A stretch of DNA of 64,000 bases, taken from positions 21,902-85,901 of the IMG/VR virus record IMGVR_UViG_3300030098_004191. The stretch is one strand, 5' to 3'. The notes beneath the pieces are model-generated. The model did not search any database, was not told the origin of the DNA, and saw only the letters and a list, made by a program, of their open reading frames with translations. This DNA is from a virus. Within the stretch, counting starts at the first letter, position 1, and each line of letters starts with the position of its first letter. Below, piece after piece: positions 1-9,861 of the stretch. A program made the position numbers and the translations under genes.

Positions 1-3000
1 ATCTTTTGTTATTACAGTTCTATCTGTAACTATACCAATTGAATGGGTGTCAGTTAATGATTTTATAAAAGTTGATACTCCAGAAATCGTTAAATTATCA
101 GTTTCATTAAATGCATGAGATGTTGAAATATATCCAGATATTTGATTAGGACTATCCCATACCATTACTACATCTTGATAAGTATCAATATTTGTTTGAA
201 TATTAAGAATTGATTTACCAGTTATAGTACTAACAGTAGCATTTAATCCACCACCAATTCCACTATTAGTAGTAAATTTAGCAACTTCACCAACTTTATA
301 TCCAGTTCCACCTTCAACAATATCAAATGAATCTACAGATCCTTTCTTAACAGATTCTACTAAAGAGATTTGTTCTATTGCTTCATTAGATTCAATTAGA
401 TAATCATTATCTGCATATTTGTCTGATACTTTATATGGAAGGGTGTTTCTTATTAAAGATGATGATCCAAAATCAAAATTATTCTGATTTATTAAGAAAT
501 TATCACTAACTGGTTCAGATCTATAAGTATCTCCTATGAAATAAGGAAATTCTGGCAAAGTACTAATACTATTAATACCTGCAACATATACATAAGCACC
601 CTGTGGATATTCAGGAGTTTTAGTGAAAATACCATTATTTTCATCCAAATCACCAGAATTATCAAAAGTATAATCTTCTACAAAGAATCCAGGATTAAAT
701 CCAATTGGCCTATCACTAACAATTCCACTAGTATTAGTATAACCACTTCTTAAAATTCTTATCGGTGAGTTTCTATCAGATGGATCTGTATGTCCATATG
801 GACCATAAATTGGATTACCGTCATATGCCCATCCAATAATTGGTGAATGATCTGCTCCAGTATCACCAAATTCTACAGAACCAATAGAAGTTGAATATCC
901 AATATATGAATATCCAATTCCCTTATCCGAATCTAATAAACCAGATATATTTCCATCAAAGTTATTAATAGTTAATTTCCTAACATGAGAATCTAAAATA
1001 GCATTAGATCCTGCTGCAATAACTTTTATAGATGTATTATTTTGAGTGTAATTAATACCAGGATTAATTATAGTAACATCAGTAATCTTACCATTAGTAA
1101 TATCTGCTCTTAATTTAGCACCAATACCATCACCAACAACTTCTAATGTAGGAGCAGAACTATATTCTCTTCCACCAAATTGTATATCAATTGCAGTTAT
1201 AGACCCACTAGTTGTCCCAATACCTATTGCATTATTAGTAATAATTGGTTTTAATGAGGCATCTTTTCCATTTTTAATTGTTATTATTGGTTTTCTTTCA
1301 AGATTTAATACAGTACTACCATATCCAGTTCCACCATCATAAACATAAGTATCAATAATAGATCCACGAACAACAGGAACAGCCGTTATTATACCAACTT
1401 CACCAGAATACTCAATATCTAAATTAAGTTCTACAGGTGGATATTCAAAATTTTGTAATCCAACCCCATTAGATCCAAATTTAATATAATTTTTTCTTAC
1501 ATAATTTGATGTTATTGTTCCAGCAATTCCAGCATCAGCAAGTTGGAAAGCATGATCATCAACCTTAATAACCTGATATTGATTACTTGTTGTTGTAATT
1601 CCAGTTTTTGCTGTTAATCCAGAAATTACCGTACCAGCAGTAGAATATAATATCTTATCACCATCATTAAATCCATGATTTTCAAAATTAACTGTTGATG
1701 TAACTGTAGAAATACCTGTTTCACCAACAATTAATTTTCTATTTGTGTATCCTTTACCTGGATTGATTACTTTAAGTGCATATAATGTATCTTTACTTTC
1801 ATATATTCTAAATTTTTGAGTACCAGTATTTGTAAATGATGTAAATCCAACAGTATTAATACCTGCATTATAGTCAGATTGAGTTGGATATAATTTAATT
1901 GTAGAAGAATTAACTATTTTTGGCCAATATTTGTTTCCTGATTGTAAAAATTTATTCTGATTTGCATTATTACTTACTTCACCAATACTAAGAGCACTAT
2001 TTCCATTACTATTATAAATCAATACTTGTCCATTAGATAAGTTATGCTGACCTATAAAGGTTATTGTATCATCTGTAAGATCAACACCACCACCTCGATT
2101 ACTCAAACGAGCATCAAAAAATACATCTCTGAATCTTTTAGTTAATACTGGTTCTAATACAGCACCATCACCATTACCACCCGAAATATTAGCAGATAAT
2201 ACACGTTCAATATCATAATCTTGAGGATCTATTAGAATATCTTCAACACTACCACTAATTACTGGTTGAATTTTAGCCGTATTTCCTATACCACCTGTAC
2301 TGATTGTATCTGCAGCAGATACAACAATATCTGGAAGATTAATTACATCATACCCAGTTCCACCATTTAAAACATCTATATGTGTTATTGGACCATAAAA
2401 TATATTATCATCAGTTTTATAATTGGCAATTTGAACGCCATTAACTAGCATTCCTGTTGCCCCAGATTCAGTTTTAGTGGATTTTCCAGACTTAATATTA
2501 GTTTCTATTGGAAATTTCTTTAATAATCCTTGAGCACTAATTTTTCTATTTTGTTGTTTATTAAGTGTAAATGTATGATTACCAGTAGATGATAATAATT
2601 GTATATTTTTTTCTGTACCATCAGCATCTGGTATTATAAAAGATCTAGATGGATATATCTTAATTTGGTTAGGTTGTGATAATATTTTAACATAATAGGT
2701 TCCTTCTTCCAATCCATCTATAGGATCTGAATCTGGAGAATAATATACAGCGTCTCCTGTAATAAATGGAACAGGTGCAGGGAAAGATAAAATATTATAT
2801 CTTAATGTAGTAGTATCTTGATCTTGTAAATATCCAGCCACAACCATATCAGTTGAGGTTGGTATAGTTGTCGATGCAAGAGATACATTTATATCATATG
2901 ATGGTAATGAATTGGATGCTACGTAAATATTTTTATCATCATCATTATATACATTAGTAATATCTGATGTAAGAATATTTTGACCATAATCAATTTCTAT

Positions 3001-4614
3001 ACCAGAACTTGTTGCCTTATTAATTTGTCTTCTAACATCATATTCACTGTTTACTGTCTCTGGTAAAGGAGATATTCCTGGAAGAAGTGTAAAATTATCA
3101 ATTCTTATAGTTTTATTGGTTGGAACATTACCAATTTTACCTGTTGCAACAACATTTTGCTCCCCACGACGCACAATATCAACATTATCACCTACTTTTA
3201 AGCTGGATTTATCTATTTCAGAGTATAAAGTGTATATTGAACCAGACCATTCCTTAATTTGATATCTTGAAGCAGTGTTATAAATCCATGAATTAGCAAG
3301 AATTTGCTTTTTAGTTGCATTTATTTCTGGATTTAATATACTCTCACCAAGGTTTTTAACAACAATTTCCTCACCTTCATTTGTTAATTTAATATCAGAA
3401 ACAGGAACAAATTTTGATATAACTCCCGTTATACGTACCTCAGTTTTTTTAGTCAGATCTCCGTTCTCATATCCAAAATATACTTCATCAGCCCTCAAAT
3501 CTGAAGTTGTAGTAATTGCAGATCCTACATTAGTACATCCTAAGAATTGATTAATTGTCTTATCTGTGTAAGAAATTGCAGTATTAAGACCAGATATAAC
3601 AGTTCCTGTTACCCCAAATCCTATTGTAGAGTCTACAGTAATAACAGATGACCCTATAGAAACTGGTCCAATAACCTTTGTCTTACCTGGAATGGTAAAT
3701 GTACCTTGAATTAGATCTTGATCGTTATATCCAACAAATAAACCTATCTTATAATAAGATTTTGCACCTCTAGTAACAATTTCAACTTCTGATACTGATG
3801 CTTGTGTACCAGAATCAGTGGATTTTCTAAGTGTTTGACCAACTAGATTATTAGGGTTGCCTGAAATTTGCTCTGCAAGTACGAGTTCTCGTCTAATAAA
3901 CTGAGCAGATGATGGTTTAATTAAAAATTGCTCCAAATCAACGATTTTTGGATCAATTCCGTATAAAACATTAAATAAAATCCTAAAAGATTCCTCAGTT
4001 CCTTTAGATTGGTATAAGGATCTAGCTTCTTTTATGAAATTTCCAGCATCAAGGCCAGTAACAAATGGAGTATCTTCTAACCCTGGAGTTAATTGTGCCT
4101 TGATTTTCTTATAAAATTCTTTTAAGAATAATGCACTTAAATTATGAACAACTGAATTCTGAGCATGTGCAGCAGAATCAGAGTTTGTGAACACCAATTC
4201 TCCTGGATTATTTGGTGCATGATATGTGGTAATTCCACTAAATCCACGTTGACAACCAGTAAAGGTATTGGTTGTTATACCAGTATATGTAAAAATTTCA
4301 CTGTCTACCTTAAATAGACCATATTCACTAGGAAATCCTTTTGTACTTTCAACATTTATTGTAGTATCTGCAGTACCAATACCTACGGAAAGAGTAGTTC
4401 CAGAATTAACTATTTTATCGGTAAAATTATCTAATTTTAAATATTCATTTAAATTATCAGTAAGATCAACAGTACCACCTTGAAATTCCTGAGAAATATA
4501 ATATTGTTTTAAAAAATCAACAGCCTTAGGACTTTCAGATAATACAAACTCAGGAAGCTGATTATCAATAATCTGCTGTATTTTTACCTTCTTATCAAAC
4601 CCAGTTGTGATCAT
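1..4614 (-). CDS. gp7: Baseplate wedge initiator gp7-like (partial, runs off left edge)
   Basis: Not in ORF track. ATG at 4614 overlaps the gp6 stop (ATGA) and translates MITTGFDKKVKIQQIIDNQLPEFVLSESPKAVDFLKQYYISQEF, the typical cyanophage gp7 N-terminus. It follows gp25-gp6 and later contains HSPIIGWAYDGNPIYGPYG. Confidence 0.85.
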   Translation of the reverse strand, partial: MITTGFDKKVKIQQIIDNQLPEFVLSESPKAVDFLKQYYISQEFQGGTVDLTDNLNEYLKLDNFTDKIVNSGTTLSVGIGTADTTINVESTKGFPSEYGLFKVDSEIFTYTGITTNTFTGCQRGFSGITTYHAPNNPGELVFTNSDSAAHAQNSVVHNLSALFLKEFYKKIKAQLTPGLEDTPFVTGLDAGNFIKEARSLYQSKGTEESFRILFNVLYGIDPKIVDLEQFLIKPSSAQFIRRELVLAEQISGNPNNLVGQTLRKSTDSGTQASVSEVEIVTRGAKSYYKIGLFVGYNDQDLIQGTFTIPGKTKVIGPVSIGSSVITVDSTIGFGVTGTVISGLNTAISYTDKTINQFLGCTNVGSAITTTSDLRADEVYFGYENGDLTKKTEVRITGVISKFVPVSDIKLTNEGEEIVVKNLGESILNPEINATKKQILANSWIYNTASRYQIKEWSGSIYTLYSEIDKSSLKVGDNVDIVRRGEQNVVATGKIGNVPTNKTIRIDNFTLLPGISPLPETVNSEYDVRRQINKATSSGIEIDYGQNILTSDITNVYNDDDKNIYVASNSLPSYDINVSLASTTIPTSTDMVVAGYLQDQDTTTLRYNILSFPAPVPFITGDAVYYSPDSDPIDGLEEGTYYVKILSQPNQIKIYPSRSFIIPDADGTEKNIQLLSSTGNHTFTLNKQQNRKISAQGLLKKFPIETNIKSGKSTKTESGATGMLVNGVQIANYKTDDNIFYGPITHIDVLNGGTGYDVINLPDIVVSAADTISTGGIGNTAKIQPVISGSVEDILIDPQDYDIERVLSANISGGNGDGAVLEPVLTKRFRDVFFDARLSNRGGGVDLTDDTITFIGQHNLSNGQVLIYNSNGNSALSIGEVSNNANQNKFLQSGNKYWPKIVNSSTIKLYPTQSDYNAGINTVGFTSFTNTGTQKFRIYESKDTLYALKVINPGKGYTNRKLIVGETGISTVTSTVNFENHGFNDGDKILYSTAGTVISGLTAKTGITTTSNQYQVIKVDDHAFQLADAGIAGTITSNYVRKNYIKFGSNGVGLQNFEYPPVELNLDIEYSGEVGIITAVPVVRGSIIDTYVYDGGTGYGSTVLNLERKPIITIKNGKDASLKPIITNNAIGIGTTSGSITAIDIQFGGREYSSAPTLEVVGDGIGAKLRADITNGKITDVTIINPGINYTQNNTSIKVIAAGSNAILDSHVRKLTINNFDGNISGLLDSDKGIGYSYIGYSTSIGSVEFGDTGADHSPIIGWAYDGNPIYGPYGHTDPSDRNSPIRILRSGYTNTSGIVSDRPIGFNPGFFVEDYTFDNSGDLDENNGIFTKTPEYPQGAYVYVAGINSISTLPEFPYFIGDTYRSEPVSDNFLINQNNFDFGSSSLIRNTLPYKVSDKYADNDYLIESNEAIEQISLVESVKKGSVDSFDIVEGGTGYKVGEVAKFTTNSGIGGGLNATVSTITGKSILNIQTNIDTYQDVVMVWDSPNQISGYISTSHAFNETDNLTISGVSTFIKSLTDTHSIGIVTDRTVITKD

Positions 4615-6536
4615 CCTCTTATTAAATCTCCGTTTGTATAACTTGAAGTAACTTTATAACCAACACCCGATATTTGTTCACCAGAAGTGATGGTGTCTTT
4701 AACCATATTTATCGTACTATTAGAAATGTCAAAAACAAGGTATAAATCCTTAAGTCCAAGAACATCATTAGACTCTGGAACTGCTTGAATTTCTATAATA
4801 TTATTAATTCTGCTCGTTTCTGTTATATTAATAGTTGTTAAAATAACTTCTCCTTTAAAATAATCTACAGTTCCAGCTGATTTAACAACTACTACTTTAT
4901 CACCAGTTTGTAAATCTTCTCTAACAATAGCAATATCACCCATATTACTACCATCTAAATTCCCATCTAGATCTTTTTTAGGTATATCTGTTAGATAAAG
5001 AAGATTGGAGTTTCCAGCAACTTTAAAACCAGTACTCTTAATATTTAATCCTTTTGGATTAATATGGAATTTATTACCGAAACAGAGTTCATATTGGGCA
5101 AATGTATTTAAAACTGCCTTTAAATTTCTTCTAATTGTAACTCTAGTAATGTTAGAAGTAATTCCTTTATCAATACCATCAATAATATTCAATACTTTAC
5201 TATATTTAAATCTACCACCAAACTTATTAATATCATTTGAATCAGCATATGTAGTCAATCCATCCATAACTCTAGTCTTAAGATCACTTGCTTTCTCAAC
5301 TGCAGCAGTATTGTAGTAAACAAAACTATCAACCTCAACATAAAGTACCTTAAGATCTAATATCTTCTGATTAATACCAGCAAGTGAATATGACTTCAAT
5401 TTAGTAAGGATTTGTTCCTTATCAAAATCAGATACTGTATCACCATTTTTTGGCTTAATTGTAAGTAGAACTGTACCAAATTGTGGTGGATCTAACTCCT
5501 CACCACCCACAACAGAGACTGATTCAGTATTTGGATAGATTGTTTGTATTATTGATTCATAATCTCTTGCTGTAACTGCTCTATATTGTGCAGAATACAG
5601 TCTAGGAGCGAAGTATTTAACAGAATCGATTGGTTCAATATCACCACCATTAATAGCACCTTGTACGGTTGTTATGGCAGGAGTAGAGTTTATTGTAAGT
5701 AAATTACCTAAAGAATCACTTATACTACCTGTATAAGAGAAATTAGCAGGTCCATTACCCGATTTTCCATTTGTAAGGATATAATCTACAGTAATTTCAT
5801 TACCATCTTCTAATTTTTTACCAAAAATACCATCACCAAAGAGTAATTCATACTTCTCATCTTGTATCTCTTGTAACAAATATGTCTCAGATGTGTTAGT
5901 AATACCTATAATATTGTCAATTTTCTTATATTCTGGTCCAATTCCAACATCTCCTACACCTTTCACGTAAACTACGATAGTAGCAGTGTCAATAAATGGA
6001 TTATCTAGTACAAATCTCTGGTCTAATGACCCATCTACTGTGAATTGATTCCTTACATATGTACCTTCATAGACTGTAATTGGATCAGTACCAGTACCAA
6101 AGGTGGCAATTCCAGTTACACTATCAACATTTGATGTAATACTTTCAGGTATAGAGAATGTATATGTAGTATCTTCTTGAGCACCAACACACACCAGACC
6201 TGCCTGTAAGGTCGCTGTAGGAGTAGCAGTGCTTACACCAACCTCAAACGCTATATTTGCTGTAGAAGCAGTCCTAGAACGTGGTACATACCCTATATTT
6301 CTTGCTAATGATACTACATTTTCACGTAATACTGCTGAATCCAAAAAGGATTCATTAACAGTCATATTAGAGTTAAATGCAGTAATGTAAGTATTATATG
6401 CCAGAGTATCAATTATAACCGACATATTCGACCCTTCATAGTCAAAATCAGTAAAATCTGAGTTTGCACGAAGATAATCTTTTATCGATTCTTTAATTTG
6501 ATCAAAATCGAGGTTTGTGTACTTGGTAAAAGGCAT
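4611..6536 (-). CDS. gp6: Baseplate wedge subunit gp6
   Basis: LDFDQIKESIKDYLR..FTDFDYEGSNMSVIIDTLAYNT..ESFLDSA..RENVVSLARNIGY and AQYRAVTARDYE motifs. Confidence 0.95.
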   Translation of the reverse strand: MPFTKYTNLDFDQIKESIKDYLRANSDFTDFDYEGSNMSVIIDTLAYNTYITAFNSNMTVNESFLDSAVLRENVVSLARNIGYVPRSRTASTANIAFEVGVSTATPTATLQAGLVCVGAQEDTTYTFSIPESITSNVDSVTGIATFGTGTDPITVYEGTYVRNQFTVDGSLDQRFVLDNPFIDTATIVVYVKGVGDVGIGPEYKKIDNIIGITNTSETYLLQEIQDEKYELLFGDGIFGKKLEDGNEITVDYILTNGKSGNGPANFSYTGSISDSLGNLLTINSTPAITTVQGAINGGDIEPIDSVKYFAPRLYSAQYRAVTARDYESIIQTIYPNTESVSVVGGEELDPPQFGTVLLTIKPKNGDTVSDFDKEQILTKLKSYSLAGINQKILDLKVLYVEVDSFVYYNTAAVEKASDLKTRVMDGLTTYADSNDINKFGGRFKYSKVLNIIDGIDKGITSNITRVTIRRNLKAVLNTFAQYELCFGNKFHINPKGLNIKSTGFKVAGNSNLLYLTDIPKKDLDGNLDGSNMGDIAIVREDLQTGDKVVVVKSAGTVDYFKGEVILTTINITETSRINNIIEIQAVPESNDVLGLKDLYLVFDISNSTINMVKDTITSGEQISGVGYKVTSSYTNGDLIRG

Positions 6537-6537
6537 A

Positions 6538-6939
6538 TTATCTTGTTGCTTCTAGCATAAACGTAAATTCTTGGGTTGGAAAATCTTGTCCTACAATATT
6601 AAAAAAGACATCAACTTCAAATTCATTCGTATCTGGCCTTGGTAATACCTCAATACTTACATCATCTATTCTTGGTTCAAAGTTTTGTAGTGTAATCTCT
6701 ATTTCACGCTGTATTGACGATGCAGTACCATAATCACATAGGTCAAATAACTTAGAACGAACCTCAGAACCTAAGAGAGAATTAAAGAATCTTTCGGTTG
6801 GTATTGTTTGTACCAAATTCCTTACAGCCTTCTTAATTGCATTCTCATTTTTAAGGACTAACAGGTCATTAGTCACTGGATGTCTGTCAAAAGATAGACT
6901 AATATCTTTAAATGCTCTTGATATCCGAGTAACTGCCAT
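6538..6939 (-). CDS. gp25: Baseplate wedge subunit gp25
   Basis: FKDISLSF..HPVTND..NAIKKAVRNLV.T...ERFF...GS..FEPRI; directly upstream of gp6. Confidence 0.93.
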   Translation of the reverse strand: MAVTRISRAFKDISLSFDRHPVTNDLLVLKNENAIKKAVRNLVQTIPTERFFNSLLGSEVRSKLFDLCDYGTASSIQREIEITLQNFEPRIDDVSIEVLPRPDTNEFEVDVFFNIVGQDFPTQEFTFMLEATR

Positions 6940-6961
6940 TGAATTAGAGTTTTTCCTGATT

Positions 6962-6968
6962 TATTTAT
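6962..6968 (-). promoter_or_regulatory. T4-type late promoter (ATAAATA)
   Basis: ATAAATA about 23 nt upstream of the gp25 ATG. The same (A/C)TAAATA lies before late genes at 27870-27876, 34616-34622, 40046-40052, 40375-40381 and 53107-53113. Confidence 0.7.
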
Positions 6969-6999
6969 GTCGGAAATATGAATTAATACTCTATTTATT

Positions 7000-7023
7000 A
7001 AAAAAACGCCTCTTTCGAGACGC
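7000..7023 (-). terminator. Intrinsic terminator
   Basis: Minus strand GCGTCTC-GAAA-GAGGCGT followed by a T run, just after a small ORF. Confidence 0.7.
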
Positions 7024-7039
7024 TTTCGGGGGTTTTCTT

Positions 7040-7186
7040 CTATTTTCCCTGCCCTCTAGACTTCTTTCGAGCCGAGTTACGGGAGGTTGCGGCATATTTC
7101 GTGTGTTTTCCTTGCCCTTGTCGAGTCTTTTTCGGGGTCGATTCCAACTCAACGGTTCCCCATGTACCTGTTTTTGCTTTTGCCAT
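7040..7186 (-). CDS. Small basic protein (48 aa), conserved cyanophage type
   Basis: Manual translation MAKAKTGTWGTVELESTPKKTRQGQGKHTKYAATSRNSARKKSRGQGK; abuts the upstream ORF and is followed by a terminator. Confidence 0.75.
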   Translation of the reverse strand: MAKAKTGTWGTVELESTPKKTRQGQGKHTKYAATSRNSARKKSRGQGK

Positions 7187-7187
7187 G

Positions 7188-7388
7188 TTACTTTTTCTTA
7201 GTGACCTTTGCGATTGTGTCTGATGGTAATAGTGCCGTGACTACTATACCTAATAAAACTGAGAGTAATATCTTAGTAGACAGTAATTGTAGCACAAAAA
7301 TTACTAATGTGCTTATACCAAAGAGTCCCCACTTTTCTTTGACATATTTAATAACCTTTTCAACGGTTAATGATGACTTAGTAGTCAT
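7188..7388 (-). CDS. Small membrane protein (66 aa)
   Basis: Two hydrophobic segments; AGGAG upstream; tight packing. Confidence 0.7.
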   Translation of the reverse strand: MTTKSSLTVEKVIKYVKEKWGLFGISTLVIFVLQLLSTKILLSVLLGIVVTALLPSDTIAKVTKKK

Positions 7389-7554
7389 TGTTCTTCTCCT
7401 TGTTAATTTTATAAGAGATGTCGTTTGGATGTGGAGTACCTGTCTGATAAAATTCTATCGACAGATCCTCCATAAGATCGAAGTACTCCATTCTAGTCAG
7501 AGAATTGAACTTCTCTTTACCATTAATATAAACAGTGTACGTTTCGCCTGACAT
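7378..7554 (-). CDS. Hypothetical protein (58 aa)
   Basis: Manual translation MSGETYTVYINGKEKFNSLTRMEYFDLMEDLSIEFYQTGTPHPNDISYKINKEKNNDY; starts at the upstream stop. Confidence 0.7.
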   Translation of the reverse strand: MSGETYTVYINGKEKFNSLTRMEYFDLMEDLSIEFYQTGTPHPNDISYKINKEKNNDY

Positions 7555-8307
7555 CTAAATCACCCTTGTTTTCTCGTGACCAACTCTAATACGTGGATCA
7601 CACCAAATATCAAAGCCTGCTTCCTTAGCATCTAGGCAGAAACTCACATCTTCTCCACACATATCCTGTACTTCACCTGATTCAAAGACTTGCATCTTAG
7701 GAGCAAACCAAGGATAAGGCATACCTTCATCTTCAAATACACCTTTCTTGATTAATAACCAACCAAAACCAGTGTAGTCTACAGTGAAAGGCTTCTTACG
7801 CTTAGTAATACTTTCAGTAGTTTCATGATTCATAACACCACCAGACTTTCTGAAGTCTTCTTCCTCTAACCAGTGTGCAACAGAAGTAGTTCTTCCATCC
7901 TCTGTAACATACCAACCACCAGCAATATCCTTATCCATAAGAACTAATTGCCAGAACTTCTCAGGACTGAATACTATATCACTATCAATCCATAACTGAT
8001 AATCATAATTAAGTTTTCCATCCCAAGGTAATTGATTAGGTCCACGTAAAACGTTCGCACCAAGACATTTACATCTTGCGAAGTTCACCATAGAACTATA
8101 ATCCTGTGAAATTTGTATTGAAGCACCACTTTGTACCAAATCAAAACAAAGTTGAACAAAAGATTTCAAGAAGGTATATGATACACCTCTTCCAGGTAGA
8201 CAGAACACCACTGTCTTACCTTTGATCATTTCTTTTGCCTTGGCATAATCCCACTCTGGTGCTTTTGTAGTAGGAGTCTTTGCTTTAACTGTAAATCCTT
8301 TTGCCAT
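7555..8307 (-). CDS. GT-A fold glycosyltransferase-like protein
   Basis: WIDSD (DxD), GFGWLLIKKGVFE, GEDVSFC and VGHEK motifs typical of GT2-like enzymes. Confidence 0.7.
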   Translation of the reverse strand: MAKGFTVKAKTPTTKAPEWDYAKAKEMIKGKTVVFCLPGRGVSYTFLKSFVQLCFDLVQSGASIQISQDYSSMVNFARCKCLGANVLRGPNQLPWDGKLNYDYQLWIDSDIVFSPEKFWQLVLMDKDIAGGWYVTEDGRTTSVAHWLEEEDFRKSGGVMNHETTESITKRKKPFTVDYTGFGWLLIKKGVFEDEGMPYPWFAPKMQVFESGEVQDMCGEDVSFCLDAKEAGFDIWCDPRIRVGHEKTRVI

Positions 8308-8329
8308 GACGTATTGTAATTACCTTTGT

Positions 8330-8358
8330 ATTATACATCAATCTCTTCGTAACGTCAA
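8330..8358 (-). promoter_or_regulatory. Sigma70-type promoter
   Basis: TTGACG-17 nt-TATAAT upstream of the glycosyltransferase-like gene. Confidence 0.75.
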
Positions 8359-8525
8359 TCCTTTTCTGTGATTATTACTTCCTTTCCGTCTACCTTAAAG
8401 TGAACCTCTGTATCTTCATACCAATTCATATCATTGATCACCCATTCAGGTATTTTAACATAAAACTCCCCTGTTATATTATCGACTTCTAGGGGCGAAA
8501 AATTTTCTGGGGAATTTTTTTGCAT
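8355..8525 (-). CDS. AbrB/MazE-like swapped-hairpin DNA-binding protein (56 aa)
   Basis: MQKNSPENFSPLEVDNITGEFYVKIPEWVINDMNWYEDTEVHFKVDGKEVIITEKD fits the v.IP......l.w..g..v pattern; ATG 8525 preferred over the track start. Confidence 0.55.
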   Translation of the reverse strand: MQKNSPENFSPLEVDNITGEFYVKIPEWVINDMNWYEDTEVHFKVDGKEVIITEKD

Positions 8526-8627
8526 AAGACGGATTATTTTTGAATTTACGGTATATAGAATTTTTTTAAAATCAAAAAAATTTTTATATCGCTTCCGTAA
8601 CACTTTATAGCTTAGGGGATCCACGAA

Positions 8628-8707
8628 AATTAACATTTAAGGGGCATAATCACCAACGACTGTCTAATAACGAACGAATGGTGATTAGCCCCTGCTAAGT
8701 GTTAATT
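8628..8707 (-). other. Long (~80 nt) imperfect hairpin immediately 3' of the ligase-like gene
   Basis: AATTAACA..AGGGGC-TAATCACCA pairs with TGGTGATTA-T-GCCCCT..TGTTAATT. Confidence 0.65.
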
Positions 8708-9683
8708 AAGCAACTACAATCTGTTTTGATTTCTTTTTACTTACACCTGCAAACTTATCATTATTAAAGTTATAATAAGAGAAGAGATTGCGTCTGACTA
8801 ATTTATAACAACCGTATTCAGTATTCATAACAAAACCCTCTGCAATTATGGGTTGATTGTAGTTAATGAAAGAATCGAAATTACCCTCATGGAAACAATC
8901 ACTTAGTGCCATACGTTTTATATCCCTAACTATTAACCAGAGTTCAATTAGGTTTGTATCACATAGACCCTCAAATAATTCGGGTTTAATATCATTTTCA
9001 GTACGGATCAAATAGTTAAGATTGATCTTTAATTTCTTTGCTTTATTATCATCTACGAACTGAACAGTTTGTGATACTTTCTTTGCCCAATCTATCCACC
9101 CTTTAAGATCATAAAAGGCATCTAATTTCTCTCCATAATTAGCACCGTAACCAGGGCGAATATATGCCTTTGGTTGTACATAATGTACGAAGGAATTACT
9201 CTCTAATGTATTAGTTAATGGAGAGGCGATTGCATCACGTAAATTATTAGTTTGTGTATGATATTGTGTATGTGGGGCTATTACTAACTTAGCATCAATT
9301 TGCTCTGGAAACTTATAAGTTATTGTGTTAGGTCTGTAATTCTTAGCACCACCTAACCCGATGAAATCACCCTGATAAATGTTATTAGTTATGGGCAAAT
9401 ATGAGAGGCAATGATATAATATATGGCGTAAACTTCCAGTGTAATACTTATCAATATCTTCAGTAGATTCGCATATCTTAATTAACTTTTTATTGAACAC
9501 GGATTTAGTGCCTACAAATTGTCTATTAGTGGCAGGATTACGTCCCCAAACTATACTTGGAGCACCGTCAATCTTAACGCTAAGTATTAATGAAGGCAGT
9601 AAAAAAGCATCTAATACTGATAAATTACCAGTTAAGATGCTGTCTTCGGGGTGTTCAATGTGAAGGTTTAAGTTTTTAGTCAT
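8706..9683 (-). CDS. ATP-dependent ligase-like covalent nucleotidyltransferase (DUF6267-like)
   Basis: HIEHPED N-terminus; motif I SVKIDG, III YQGDF, IV AEGFV, V YKLV. Confidence 0.65.
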   Translation of the reverse strand: MTKNLNLHIEHPEDSILTGNLSVLDAFLLPSLILSVKIDGAPSIVWGRNPATNRQFVGTKSVFNKKLIKICESTEDIDKYYTGSLRHILYHCLSYLPITNNIYQGDFIGLGGAKNYRPNTITYKFPEQIDAKLVIAPHTQYHTQTNNLRDAIASPLTNTLESNSFVHYVQPKAYIRPGYGANYGEKLDAFYDLKGWIDWAKKVSQTVQFVDDNKAKKLKINLNYLIRTENDIKPELFEGLCDTNLIELWLIVRDIKRMALSDCFHEGNFDSFINYNQPIIAEGFVMNTEYGCYKLVRRNLFSYYNFNNDKFAGVSKKKSKQIVVA

Positions 9684-9709
9684 AGAAAAAACGAAGGTAA
9701 AAAAACTGT

Positions 9710-9800
9710 TGTAGGTTGATTAAGTCTTTATCAGTCTAGCAATACACACTTCTGAAAGAGTGGCATGTATGCCCCTGATAACCTAACTTAACCCCCCCAC
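9710..9800 (-). ncRNA. Structured ~90-nt leader/small RNA starting at an early promoter
   Basis: Nested pairings GGTTAAGTT/GACTTAATC, TATCAG/CTGATA, GCATACA/TGTATTGC, CACT/AGTG; no ORF. Confidence 0.5.
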
Positions 9801-9806
9801 TCTTTT

Positions 9807-9861
9807 ATAATACCAATAAAAAACCCCCTGTGGGGGGTTTAGTGGACACTTTCTTAAGTGG
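9807..9861 (-). promoter_or_regulatory. Cyanophage early promoter element, copy 1
   Basis: CCACTTAAGAAAGTGTCCAC, GC hairpin, T run, TATTAT -10. Confidence 0.8.

Noticed and set aside
8526-8636. N-terminal extension of the AbrB-like ORF
   Set aside because: It translates A/T tracts; the ATG at 8525 gives a compact domain.
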